Below, one piece after another: positions 29,911 to 40,173 of a DNA stretch of 64,000 nucleotides. The translations under genes and the position numbers were made by a program. This DNA is from an uncultured Nitrospinota bacterium. GTDB lineage: Bacteria > Tectomicrobia > Entotheonellia > J063 > CAVPRW01. Location of the stretch: contig CAVPRW010000030.1 of the NCBI GenBank assembly GCA_963707985.1, positions 32,001-96,000 of the forward strand, read 5' to 3'. The number at the start of each line of letters is the position of its first letter. Within the stretch, counting starts at the first letter, position 1. The notes beneath the pieces were generated by a model, which was not told the DNA's origin, searched no databases, and was given only the letters and a program-made list of their open reading frames with translations.

Positions 29911-31725
29911 ATGGGGCAAAGCACGATTCCGCAACTGTTCGTCGCCAGGGTCCAGCAATATGGCTCTAGGAAAGTGGCGCTGCGCCAGAAGGCCTATGGT
30001 ATCTGGCAGGAGGTGACCTGGCAGCAGTATTACGAGCATGTGTGCACGCTCTGTTTGGGACTTGTGCACCTGGGTCTACAGCGCGGCGATAGAGTGGCCG
30101 TGATTTGTCGCAACCGAACGACGTGGCTCTACGGGGAATTGGCGGTGCAGTCAGCTGGCGCCATTCCTGTCGGGGTCTTTGTCGATAGTCTCCCGCATCA
30201 GGTCAAATTTATCCTCGATCACGCTGAGGCGCGCTTCGTAATCGTTGAGGATCAAGAACAGGTCGACAAAGTCTTAGACATACGCCATGAACTGCCGGCT
30301 CTGGAGCGCATTATTGTGGACGACAGGCGTGGGCTGGAGGATTATTCCGAGCCATTACTCATCAGCATGAAGGACGTCGAAGCTCTCGGGCATCACCAGC
30401 AAGCGCAAACGCCGCACCTCTACGATGAGCTTCTAGCCAAAGGCGAACCCACGGAGGTCGCCCTCCTCGCATACACCTCTGGCACGACCGGTGTACCGAA
30501 AGCTGCCATGATTAGCCATCGCAATTTGCTCATGATGGCTGCAGGTGTGATGCGAATGGACCCTCTCGACGATACCGATAACATGGTGTCCCTACTCCCC
30601 TTCGCATGGGTTGGCGAACAGCTCATGAGTGTCGCCATCGCCTTGTCTGCCGGGGCGACCGTCAACTTCCCCGAAAAGCCAGAGACGATACGCGAAGATG
30701 TACGCGAGATCGGGCCACAGTTGCTCCTCGCCCCTCCGCGACTCTGGGAGGCGATGTGCTCGGAATACCAGGTGAAGATCGCTGCTGCGGGGTCCCTTAA
30801 GCGCACGGCGGCTCGAACAGCCCTGGCGATCGGGCAGCGGGTGGTGGAACGGCGGTTGTCCGGTCAGCCGGTGGGGTTAGGATGGCAACTTCTCGTGGCT
30901 CTGGCCTACATGCTGGTCTTTCGCAGCTTGCAGGATAAACTCGGATTGTTGCATCTGCGCTATGCCTACACTGGCGGCGCGCCGTTAGGGCCAGAGATTT
31001 TTAGATTTTTCCGGGCGATCAAGGTCAACCTCAAACAAGTTTACGGCCAGACGGAGACAGCCGGTATCTGTGTCCTACACCCCGACAGCGAGGTGCGAGA
31101 GGACACCGTAGGGCAGCCCACTCCCGGTACTGACATTCGCCTCTCCGACATCGGCGAAATCCTGATTCGTGGGGAGTGCGTCTTCCTAGGGTATTACAAG
31201 AACCCCGAGGCAACTGCCAAGGTGCTGGAGGATGGCTGGCTACACACTGGTGACGCAGGATTCCTGGACGAACGCGGGCATCTGGTCATGATCGATCGCA
31301 TAACGGACGTCTTAAGGCTCGCTGATGGCTCCCGCTTCTCGCCCACCCTCCTTGAGAACAAGTTGAAGTTCAGCCCCTATATTCGTGAAGTGGTGGTAGT
31401 CGGCGAAGATCGACCGTACATCGTGGCGCTGATCCAGATCGACATGGACAACATGGCCATGTGGGCTGAGTCGAATCGCGTCCCCTACACGACCTTCAAA
31501 GACCTCTCGAATAAGCCGGCAATCTATCAGCTGATCGCCACGGAGATCGCGCGCGTGAACCAAAACCTGCCCAAGGTAGCACAGATTCGGCGATTCGCGC
31601 TCTTCGACAAGGAGTTGCATGCCGACGATGAAGAGCTGACGCGCACGCAAAAGGTACGTCGGGCAGCAGTCGGCGTGAAGTATACCGAAATGATCGAGGC
31701 GTTATACATTCCCGATGAGGGATGA
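29911..31725 (+). CDS. Long-chain acyl-CoA synthetase (AMP-binding)
   Basis: YTSGTTG.PK; YGQTE; GWLHTGD; ELTRTQKVRR. Confidence 0.93.
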   Translation: MGQSTIPQLFVARVQQYGSRKVALRQKAYGIWQEVTWQQYYEHVCTLCLGLVHLGLQRGDRVAVICRNRTTWLYGELAVQSAGAIPVGVFVDSLPHQVKFILDHAEARFVIVEDQEQVDKVLDIRHELPALERIIVDDRRGLEDYSEPLLISMKDVEALGHHQQAQTPHLYDELLAKGEPTEVALLAYTSGTTGVPKAAMISHRNLLMMAAGVMRMDPLDDTDNMVSLLPFAWVGEQLMSVAIALSAGATVNFPEKPETIREDVREIGPQLLLAPPRLWEAMCSEYQVKIAAAGSLKRTAARTALAIGQRVVERRLSGQPVGLGWQLLVALAYMLVFRSLQDKLGLLHLRYAYTGGAPLGPEIFRFFRAIKVNLKQVYGQTETAGICVLHPDSEVREDTVGQPTPGTDIRLSDIGEILIRGECVFLGYYKNPEATAKVLEDGWLHTGDAGFLDERGHLVMIDRITDVLRLADGSRFSPTLLENKLKFSPYIREVVVVGEDRPYIVALIQIDMDNMAMWAESNRVPYTTFKDLSNKPAIYQLIATEIARVNQNLPKVAQIRRFALFDKELHADDEELTRTQKVRRAAVGVKYTEMIEALYIPDEG

Positions 31726-31742
31726 GTCCAGAGGATCATAGC

Positions 31743-32642
31743 ATGACCGAACAGCTGGTGTTCATGCTGCAGTTACTGATCACGGGGGTTGCTGTCGGTA
31801 GTGTCTATGCGTTGATGGCCCTTGGGTTTGTGCTCATCTTCAAGGCTTCGAGTGTGGTGAACTTCGGACCTGGGGAACTGGTGCTGTTCGGAGCGTATGT
31901 CTCCTGGGCTACGATCTTACAAATGCACTTACCCCTCTACCTCGCCTTGCCCCTGACGCTCGCCATGTCAATGGCTCTGGGCTTGATCATCGAGCGGGGA
32001 GTCTTGAGACCTCTGATCGGGGAACCGCTAATTTCCGTGATCATGGTCACGTTTGGCTTTGCCAGCGTGATCCGCGGCGTCCTCAATATGGTCTGGGGGA
32101 GCGATACCCGTCCGTTCCCGGCACTCTTTTCTCCAGCGCCCTTCCACCTTGGTCCAGTCCCCGTGTCGCCTGTCCACCTGTGGAGCTTCGTCATGGTGGT
32201 CATCCTATTGGCGGCCTTCTCGCTCTTCTTTAAATTCAGTTTGACTGGCATGGCGATGCGTGCCACGGCTGACAACCAGCAGGTGGCGCTTTCCCTCGGG
32301 ATCAGCGTGAAAAACATTTTTGCCCTCTCCTGGTGTATCGCCACCGTGGTGTCGACACTCGGGGGCATTATTTTGGGGAGTGTGCGGGGCGGAGTGGATT
32401 TTTCCCTCGCAGACCTGGGTCTAAAGGTCTTTCCGGTGGTCATCCTCGGAGGCCTGGATAGCATTATGGGGGCCATCGTGGGCGGCGTGTTGATCGGTGT
32501 CCTGGAGAATCTCTCAGGTGGGTACCTCGATCCTGTCTTTGGTGGCGGTGTCAAAGAAGTCGCGCCGTTCGTGGTGCTGGTGCTGATTTTGATGGTACGC
32601 CCCTATGGCCTCTTTGGCAAGGTCGAGATTGAGCGTGTGTAG
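31743..32642 (+). CDS. livH: LIV-type ABC permease
   Basis: GSVYALMALG..LIFK.S.VVNF; G.AMRA.A; ILGGL.S; RPYGLFG. Confidence 0.92.
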   Translation: MTEQLVFMLQLLITGVAVGSVYALMALGFVLIFKASSVVNFGPGELVLFGAYVSWATILQMHLPLYLALPLTLAMSMALGLIIERGVLRPLIGEPLISVIMVTFGFASVIRGVLNMVWGSDTRPFPALFSPAPFHLGPVPVSPVHLWSFVMVVILLAAFSLFFKFSLTGMAMRATADNQQVALSLGISVKNIFALSWCIATVVSTLGGIILGSVRGGVDFSLADLGLKVFPVVILGGLDSIMGAIVGGVLIGVLENLSGGYLDPVFGGGVKEVAPFVVLVLILMVRPYGLFGKVEIERV

Positions 32643-32727
32643 AAGATGATCGCTGAGTGCTGAAGTGTGACCTGGACTGACACCAGTGGGCACTGTTTTG
32701 TGAAGGCTGTATGCCTGGGGGCTCCGG

Positions 32728-33771
32728 ATGAAGTGCGGCGGATTCAGGGTGCGGTATCGAGATGACGAACGCATCTTTGATACACATGCACCGGTCGTCG
32801 CGCTCGCGGCCCTGCTCAGCTTACTCTGCATCGTTCCCTTTCTGTCCTCCACCTATTGGCTTGATGTGCTCAACCGCATCGGGATCGCCATCATTGGCGC
32901 GTTAGGCCTGAATATTCTGATCGGGTTTACTGGACAGATCTCGATCGGCCACGCGGCGTTCCTGGCGGTCGGCGCCTACACGACAGCGATCCTTGAGGCG
33001 AGAGTTGGGCTGCCGTTCTATCTGGCGATCCCGTCGGCAGCTGCGGTGACCGCTGTCTTTGGGCTTCTCTTTGGTCTCCCCTCGCTGCGGCTCAAGGGGT
33101 TATATCTGGCCATCGCGACGCTCGCGGCGCATTTCATCACGACGTATGCCATCATCCATTGGGAGAGCCTGACCGGTGGGGTATTGGGCCTTCTGGTTTC
33201 ACCTCCTACGCTGTTTGGTTGGGCGCTGGATTCAGACGCACGGATTTTTTACGTCATCTTCGCCTGTGTCATCCCAGCCACCTTCTATGCCAAGAACCTC
33301 CTTCGCACCAAGGTCGGGCGAGCGTTTATCGCCATTCGCGATCGTGATGTAGCGGCGCAGGTGATCGGCGTTAGCCTCTTGCGATACAAGTTGCTGGCGT
33401 TCTTGATCAGCTCCTTCTATGCTGGGATTGCCGGGGGGCTGATGGCCCACCACTCACGAATTTTGTTCCCGGACGCCTTTACGCTCCTGGTAGCTATCGA
33501 CTACCTGGCGATGATTATCGTTGGTGGGATGGGCAGCATTTTGGGGTCGATCTTCGGGGCGATTTTCATGACACTGCTCCCCGAAGTCCTCAAACTGACC
33601 GCCACTTCCCTGAGCGGTGTGTACCCACAATCCTTCGGACTGATCGCGTCGGCGCGGGACGTCATTTTTGGGCTAGCGATTATTGCGTTCTTGATTTTCG
33701 AACCTGAGGGCCTGGCACGCATCTGGTTACGCATCCGAACCTATTGGCAGCTTTGGCCATACTCGTATTGA
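32728..33771 (+). CDS. livM: LIV-type ABC permease
   Basis: GLNIL.G.TGQIS.GHAAF; LRLKGLYLAIATL; GRAF.AIRD; IVGGMGS; PEGL. Confidence 0.92.
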   Translation: MKCGGFRVRYRDDERIFDTHAPVVALAALLSLLCIVPFLSSTYWLDVLNRIGIAIIGALGLNILIGFTGQISIGHAAFLAVGAYTTAILEARVGLPFYLAIPSAAAVTAVFGLLFGLPSLRLKGLYLAIATLAAHFITTYAIIHWESLTGGVLGLLVSPPTLFGWALDSDARIFYVIFACVIPATFYAKNLLRTKVGRAFIAIRDRDVAAQVIGVSLLRYKLLAFLISSFYAGIAGGLMAHHSRILFPDAFTLLVAIDYLAMIIVGGMGSILGSIFGAIFMTLLPEVLKLTATSLSGVYPQSFGLIASARDVIFGLAIIAFLIFEPEGLARIWLRIRTYWQLWPYSY

Positions 33772-33831
33772 GGACAGTGCTTTGTTCATCCTCACCTCAG
33801 TCCTCAATCCCGAGCGTGAGAGGAGAAGACG

Positions 33832-35043
33832 ATGAGCCGTAAATGCGTGAGCCGTACGTCCTTCGCATCCATCTGCTACTACGTTGTCATGCTCGTAGGG
33901 CTGAGCGTTCTGTGCCCGGCAGCGCACGCGCAGAGCACCATTAAGCTCGGCAATCTGGTGGACCTTACCGGACCGACCTCGGATCAGGGCAAGGATATCT
34001 CGCAGGCTCGTATCGATGCCGTGCAGTATTTCAATGCCAAGGGGGGCATCAACGGCAAGAAGATAGAGCTGGTGAGCGTCGAGTATGGTTTCCAACCGCC
34101 GCGGGCAGTAGCGGCGTACAAGAAATTCGTCGAGGAGGATAAGGTCATCCTGGTTCTGGGCTATGGGACCCCGGATACGGAGGCCCTGCGGCCTTATATC
34201 ACGAAAGATAAAGTGCCCTATCTTTCAGGATCCTATTCCGGGCACCTCACCGACCCACAACAGACACCCTATAATTTCCCCGGTGGGATCGACTATTCAA
34301 GTCAGATTCGCATTTTCCTCAACTACGTGAAGGAAACCTGGAGCGATGCCAGCCGCAAACCACGGGTGGCCTTCATCTACGCCGATAATGCCTATGGGCG
34401 GGCGCCCATTGAGGCGGGACGTGCGTATGCCAAAGAAATCGGTGTGGACCTGGTCGACGAGCAGATCATTCCTACAGTCCTCACCGATGCCGCCTCGCAG
34501 TTGCTCAATATGAAGAAGAAGGACCCGGATTTTACCTACATCAATACTAATACCCAGTGGGTTCCAGTAGTCCTCAAGGATTCGCTCAAGCTCGGGTTAA
34601 AGACGACCTATGTGGTCAACAATTATGGCTTCGACGAGCGCACGCCCAGCCTGGCCGGTGAGGCAGCCGAGGGGGTAATCGGCATTGCCGATGTAGCCTT
34701 CTGGGGAGATGACGTGCCCGGCATGAAGATCCTGGCGGATTTCCACAACGAGCATCACCCGAATGACACCCATAACGCCCCCTATATGCGTGGCTGGCTA
34801 TGGGTGATGGTCGTGGTCGAGGCGCTCAAGCGCTCGGGAGATAATCTCACCGGTGAGGGGGTCAAAAACGCCCTGGAGAGCCTGCGAGACTTTGATACAT
34901 GGGGCTTGAGTCAGCCGTTCACCTATACTGCCGAAGACCACCGGCCGACGACCAAGGCGAAACTCTACACCATCAAGGGAGGCAAAGTGATCCCCTTGCG
35001 CGATGTGGAGGTCCCCCGCAACATGGCATGGCTGGGTAAATAG
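33832..35043 (+). CDS. LIV-type ABC substrate-binding protein
   Basis: Signal peptide (AHA); IKLG..DLTGP; N.KGGINGKKIEL. Confidence 0.9.
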   Translation: MSRKCVSRTSFASICYYVVMLVGLSVLCPAAHAQSTIKLGNLVDLTGPTSDQGKDISQARIDAVQYFNAKGGINGKKIELVSVEYGFQPPRAVAAYKKFVEEDKVILVLGYGTPDTEALRPYITKDKVPYLSGSYSGHLTDPQQTPYNFPGGIDYSSQIRIFLNYVKETWSDASRKPRVAFIYADNAYGRAPIEAGRAYAKEIGVDLVDEQIIPTVLTDAASQLLNMKKKDPDFTYINTNTQWVPVVLKDSLKLGLKTTYVVNNYGFDERTPSLAGEAAEGVIGIADVAFWGDDVPGMKILADFHNEHHPNDTHNAPYMRGWLWVMVVVEALKRSGDNLTGEGVKNALESLRDFDTWGLSQPFTYTAEDHRPTTKAKLYTIKGGKVIPLRDVEVPRNMAWLGK

Positions 35044-35181
35044 GATGCAGCTGAGCGCTGAGGCCTAACCGATTGACTCGGAAATGCTGAGCGCTCGGCC
35101 CTGCGCAGGCAGTCCTCGGACACATTTCAGCGTCTCTTGATTGGCGTTTATCACCACCCATGCGATAGTGGGAAGCACACG

Positions 35182-35976
35182 ATGCTGCGCTTGAATAATA
35201 TCGAGGTGATCTACAGCAATGTCATTTTGGTCCTGAAGGGGCTATCGCTGGAGGTCCCCCAAGGACAAATCGTGGCCTTGCTGGGAGCCAATGGAGCCGG
35301 GAAGACGACCACGTTGAAAGCAATTTCCGGCCTGCTCAAAACCGAAAATGGCCAGGTGACCAGCGGCAGCGTTGAGTTCAAGGGTCGGCCCATCCACGGT
35401 ATGGATCCTGATCGCATCTGCCGCCTGGGGATTCTGCAGGTCATGGAAGGGCGGAAGGTTTTGGAGAGCCTTACTGTCGAGGAAAATTTGCGCATTGGCG
35501 GCTACACCCGCCGTGACCCTGGGGGCGTCAAGCGAGATTTTCAGATGATCTACGAATACTTCCCTCGACTGGTTGAGCGTCGGTACCAACTCGCCGGGTA
35601 TCTGAGTGGCGGTGAGCAGCAAATGCTCGTGATCGGTCGCGCGCTCATGGCGCAGCCGCAGCTGCTGTTACTGGATGAGCCCTCACTGGGCCTGGCACCA
35701 TTGTTGGTCCGCGAGATCTTCGGGATTATTCAGAAGATCAACGCCGAGCACGGCACAACCTGTCTGCTGGTCGAGCAGAATGCCCAGATCGCCCTCGGCA
35801 TCGCCCATTATGGCTACATCATGGAGAACGGCAGGATCGTCCTGGACGGTCCTGCCGAGACACTGCAGGATAACGAGGATGTGCGTGAATTCTATCTGGG
35901 GCTCAGTGCAGCTGGGCGTCGGAAGAATTTCAAAGACCTCAAGTTCTATAAGCGCCGCAAGCGCTGGGTGTTTTAA
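35182..35976 (+). CDS. livF: LIV-type ABC ATP-binding protein
   Basis: GANGAGKTT; FPRL.ER; LSGGEQQML.IGRALM; LDEPSLGLAP; VEQNA. Confidence 0.93.
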   Translation: MLRLNNIEVIYSNVILVLKGLSLEVPQGQIVALLGANGAGKTTTLKAISGLLKTENGQVTSGSVEFKGRPIHGMDPDRICRLGILQVMEGRKVLESLTVEENLRIGGYTRRDPGGVKRDFQMIYEYFPRLVERRYQLAGYLSGGEQQMLVIGRALMAQPQLLLLDEPSLGLAPLLVREIFGIIQKINAEHGTTCLLVEQNAQIALGIAHYGYIMENGRIVLDGPAETLQDNEDVREFYLGLSAAGRRKNFKDLKFYKRRKRWVF

Positions 35977-36208
35977 CGAGATACCGATTAATTCGCCTGA
36001 CCGAGCTGCGTGTCACTCATCCCGGCACATCCACCAAGAGCGATCAGTGCCACGACGACGAAGCCTATAGCCAAATTACGCATCGTTGATTCCTCGCTCA
36101 ATGCTGCGTACTGCCATTTCATCCTCATCCTATCTTTCCTGGGTCTTCTGCTGGCTCTCCAAGAAGGATTGCCCTGCTAATCATTGCCCGACACGACGCG
36201 CCTCGCCA

Positions 36209-36592
36209 TCACTTGCGGCAAGGCCACGTGTTCACCAACCAGCGAAAGAGTGCTTCGACAGCCGGTTCACCCATGTGTTGGGGGTTTTCGCGTGCCCATG
36301 CCACAAACATCTGCAATCCCTCAGTCCGGCTTGGCGGAGGAGCAGCCGGCACACAGACGAATGGCTTACCCTCGGGTCCGGACACCGTCGCCTGGTAATA
36401 CTGGTAGGCTCCGACCGCATAACCATGGCAGAAGCCCATGGCCGCCGCATAGAGGGAGTCACTGGCCGGCGTCGAGCAGATTTCGACCAGATCGGCAGTG
36501 CTGCGCACGCGGAAGTGGTCCGACGTAGCGGCCAGGGCACAGGCAGGCCCCATCAACGTGATCAACATTAGAGCGAACGCCCTGCGACGCAC
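36209..36592 (-). CDS. Secreted Rap1a/Tai-like protein
   Basis: Signal peptide; DLVEIC, FCHGY, VCVP, WPC Cys pattern; AGGAGG RBS. Confidence 0.7.
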   Translation of the reverse strand: MRRRAFALMLITLMGPACALAATSDHFRVRSTADLVEICSTPASDSLYAAAMGFCHGYAVGAYQYYQATVSGPEGKPFVCVPAAPPPSRTEGLQMFVAWARENPQHMGEPAVEALFRWLVNTWPCRK

Positions 36593-36618
36593 CCCCTCAC
36601 CTCCTTAGCTTTTCAGGT

Positions 36619-37366
36619 CTACCTGGAAACTCGCTCGCTAGCTGATGCGCCTGCCACAGCCGGATAGACGACCCCGGCAATGATTCCCCCGAGAATGGGC
36701 GCAACCCAGAACAGCCACAATTGCGCAATAGTAGCCCCCACCCGCGAACAGCGCTGGTCCAGTGCTGCGGGCAGGATTGACGGATGTGTTCGTCACGGGG
36801 ATACTGATCAAGTGAATCAATGTCAGGCAAAGCCCGATCGCGATCGGCGCAAACCCCGCCGGAGCACGCGAGTCAGTTGCCCCCAAGATAACCATCAAAA
36901 ACATAAAGGTCAAGACGACTTCGGCCACGAAGCAGGAGTACAGCGCATATTTGCCTGGCGAGAGCTGATCGTATCCATTGGAAGCCAGACCACCGGCAAG
37001 ACTGAAACCATCTTTACCGCTGGCGATCAGATACAGAACAGCGGCCGCGACGATAGCACCCGCGACCTGTGCAATGATGTAAGGTACCAGCTCGGATCCA
37101 GGAAATCGTTTTCCCGCCCACAAGCCAAACGACACGGCAGGGTTGAAATGGCCCCCGGAAATGTGGCCAAACGCATAGGCCCCGGTGAGCACTGTCAAGC
37201 CAAAGGCGAACGCTACCCCCAGAAACCCAATGCCGAGAAGCAGTCGAGGTTCACCTGCTGTTTGAAAGGCTGCAGCCAATACCGCACTTCCACACCCACC
37301 AAAGGTCAACCAGAACGTGCCAATGAATTCCGCAGCTGCTTTCCTCCCCAAAGATACCTGTGCCAT
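36619..37366 (-). CDS. aqpZ: Aquaporin Z (frameshift in G-run ~36735)
   Basis: [36 protein letters not shown]. The C-terminal QLWLFWVAP is in a shifted frame. Confidence 0.92.
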
Positions 37367-37740
37367 GGTATTCTCCTCGGTGATAGAGGTGAGATCGTCC
37401 CACTTGCCCCATCGATCATGATGAACACAGACTCCGCTGGACATCAGACGCAGGTGACGAGGTAGTGCGCGGAGGCCACGACACGTTACGTACGTCGAAG
37501 CCGGTCGGGTCTCCAGCCATCGGCATCCGGCGGCATTGTACTCCGGTCACTTCACTTTGGCAAATTGAGCCATGTCCCCGCCCCAGCCATGTGTCTGCAG
37601 GCATAGTCTCAACGCCTGCTCCGCCTTGAGGGACTCAACCCATGCCGCTTCAGGCCGCTGTTGCTTCGTGAGGCTGGCGTGCTTGGGTAAGGGACATGGC
37701 TTCCCAGGACCACATGAAGTGAGATCTCGATCGATCTCCG

Positions 37741-38605
37741 TCACTCAGGCAGGCTATGCAAGAGATACATCGCTTGGAGGAGATTACTCGTACGCTCGAA
37801 TGAGCCAAACCACCGCTCATATATCGCGATGATCTCTCCAGAGCGGTAGAGACGCACCAGCACTCGATTGACCGCGAGGCGAAAGTCGGGATCGCCGCGG
37901 CGCAGCACCAAGCCATAGGGCTCATAGGAGAAATACTGGTCAGCGATAGCCCACTTGGTGGGATCCTTGGACGTCATTCCTAAGCCGATCAAAATCACCC
38001 GATCCGAAGCATAGGCATCGGCCGTGCCATTCTCGAGTGCGGCGATGCCCTCAGCATGCTCCTTGACCTTGATCATCTGTGCGGTGATTTTGGCCTTTTG
38101 CAGCGCTTCCGCCATCACCTTCTCGGTGGTTGTGCCGGGAACCACCGCGATTCGCTTGCCCGCGATGTCAGAAAGCCGGTTGATATTGGCAGTGCCTGGA
38201 AACGAGTAGGCTGGCGCCGTCGACGAAGGTCATGTAACTGAAGTCCACCTGCTCCTGGCGGGAAAGGGTGTTGGTGGTCGAGCCGCATTCCAAATCGACC
38301 GTGCCATTGGCCACCATGGTCAGTCGATTCTCTGGGGTGACGACCACCCATTTGATGGTCAAATCGGCGAGACCGAGCTGTTGTTGAATACCTTTCGCGA
38401 TATGGGTACAGAGGTCGACCGAGTAGCCAGCGGGTTTTTTATCCTCGCCGATATGAGAGAAGGGAAAGGACGATTCACGGTAACCCAGGCTGATCGTCTT
38501 CGTCGCCTTGATCCTGTCCAACGTGCTCTGCGGATGTTGACCATACACCGGGATCGAGAGCAAGACAACCACGAACAGGGTGCTCAACAGTCGTATCATC
38601 GACAT
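37741..38605 (-). CDS. Glu/Asp-type amino-acid ABC substrate-binding protein (frameshift ~38200)
   Basis: TLDRIK; GYRESS.PFS; GYSVDLC; DLECGSTTNT.SRQ.QVDFS. C-half GTTTE, YASDR..L, EPYGL is in the next frame. Confidence 0.88.
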
Positions 38606-39187
38606 ATCTCCTAGAGATCGATACGCAGCAGCATCGCCATCGGGTAGATCGCGCGAGTTGACAGGACATCACGGTCCACAGGGCTGTCCCGGAGCCATCG
38701 GGACGGGCGCCATCGAAGTCGACTCATTCGCTTCACCTTTCGTTCTCCGCCAGCTTGCAGGCGGTCAGCATGGCCACTATACCCAAAACGCCTGCTCGAC
38801 AAACCGTGTCGGAGTCATAACATGTGCACACCAGCAAGAAGCCGTCAGTATACCCTAAAATGGGATGACCGTACATTTCGAAGGCTACGGCCAGTGACAG
38901 GCCGCATCGCGTAGCGTGGGGAAGGCACGAATTTACGGACGTCATAGGCCGACAAGATGACAGATTTGCGCCCTGACGCTGGATTGACTGCAATCCTACC
39001 GAAAGGCATGCAGTGAGAAGCTGAAGAGTGCTATCGTAGGAGTGCTTGACAGGCCTATGCCGATGGAGGGCCTGGAGTCGGGGGAACATTGGCGGTAGCT
39101 TGCGCACGGGGCAGCGCCGGCGTCTCCTCTAGACCGCTGGTTTCAGCCTGTTCGTCTGGGATAAAACCATCATAAGGGACAGTCGAC

Positions 39188-40045
39188 ATGGTCAACTCCG
39201 CCAATCTGATGCATGGCAAATTTTGCGTCGTCACCGGCGCCACTTCGGGTATCGGCTTGGTGACTGCCCAGGTGCTCGCTCGTCAGGGCGCGACGCTCGT
39301 CATCGTCGCTCGCAACGCCGACCGCGGCGCCGCCACCGTGAGTCGAATCCGGCAGGAAACAGGCAACTCGGCAGTCGAATTGATGGTCGCCGATCTGTCC
39401 GTCCAAGCGCAGGTGCAACAGCTGGCAAGTGAGATTCAGCATCGTGTTGCGTGCCTGGATGTCTTGGTCAATAATGCCGGCGCTTTTTTTGCCCGGCGAC
39501 AGCTCAGCCAGGACGGCATCGAGATGACTTTTGCCCTGAACCATCTCGCCTACTTCTTGCTCACCAACCTCCTCTTCGACTCCCTGAAAGCCGCCGACTC
39601 ACCCCGCATCGTCAACGTCTCGTCGGAGGCGCATCGCCGCGCCCACCTTGACTTTTCCGATCTGCAGGGAGAGCACCGCTACAGCGGTTGGCGCGCCTAT
39701 GCAGGCTCGAAGCTCGCCAACATTCTATTCACCTATGAGCTGTCGCGACGGTTGGTTGGCACAGGCATCGTCGCGAACGCCTTGCATCCCGGCTTCGTGG
39801 CGACGAATTTTGGTAGAAATAACCGCAGTATCACAGCGGCCTTGTTCCGCATCCTGCAACTGGCGGCCATAAGCCCGGAGGAGGGCGCCGAGACGATCAT
39901 CTACCTGGCCAGTTCGCCAGCGGTCAAGGGCGTCACTGGGGAATATTTCATCAAGCAACAAGTGGTACGCTCGTCACAGGTGTCCTATGATCCTGCCGCT
40001 GCCGAACGCCTTTGGCAATTCAGTGCCGAGTTGACCCGATTGTAG
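39188..40045 (+). CDS. Short-chain dehydrogenase/reductase (retinol DH-like)
   Basis: TGATSGIG; LVNNAG; NHLAYF; YAGSKLAN; LHPGFV.T. Confidence 0.95.
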   Translation: MVNSANLMHGKFCVVTGATSGIGLVTAQVLARQGATLVIVARNADRGAATVSRIRQETGNSAVELMVADLSVQAQVQQLASEIQHRVACLDVLVNNAGAFFARRQLSQDGIEMTFALNHLAYFLLTNLLFDSLKAADSPRIVNVSSEAHRRAHLDFSDLQGEHRYSGWRAYAGSKLANILFTYELSRRLVGTGIVANALHPGFVATNFGRNNRSITAALFRILQLAAISPEEGAETIIYLASSPAVKGVTGEYFIKQQVVRSSQVSYDPAAAERLWQFSAELTRL

Positions 40046-40173
40046 GTCGTCATTGGTCTTCGCCTCATGGATGTTGGCGCAGGTGATTGCTCCTGCCTCT
40101 CATCGCTGTAGAGAGATGCGTTGTCCCACGCGATGAGGATGGGATTTTCGTGGAGCACACGTTTGTCTTGCCT

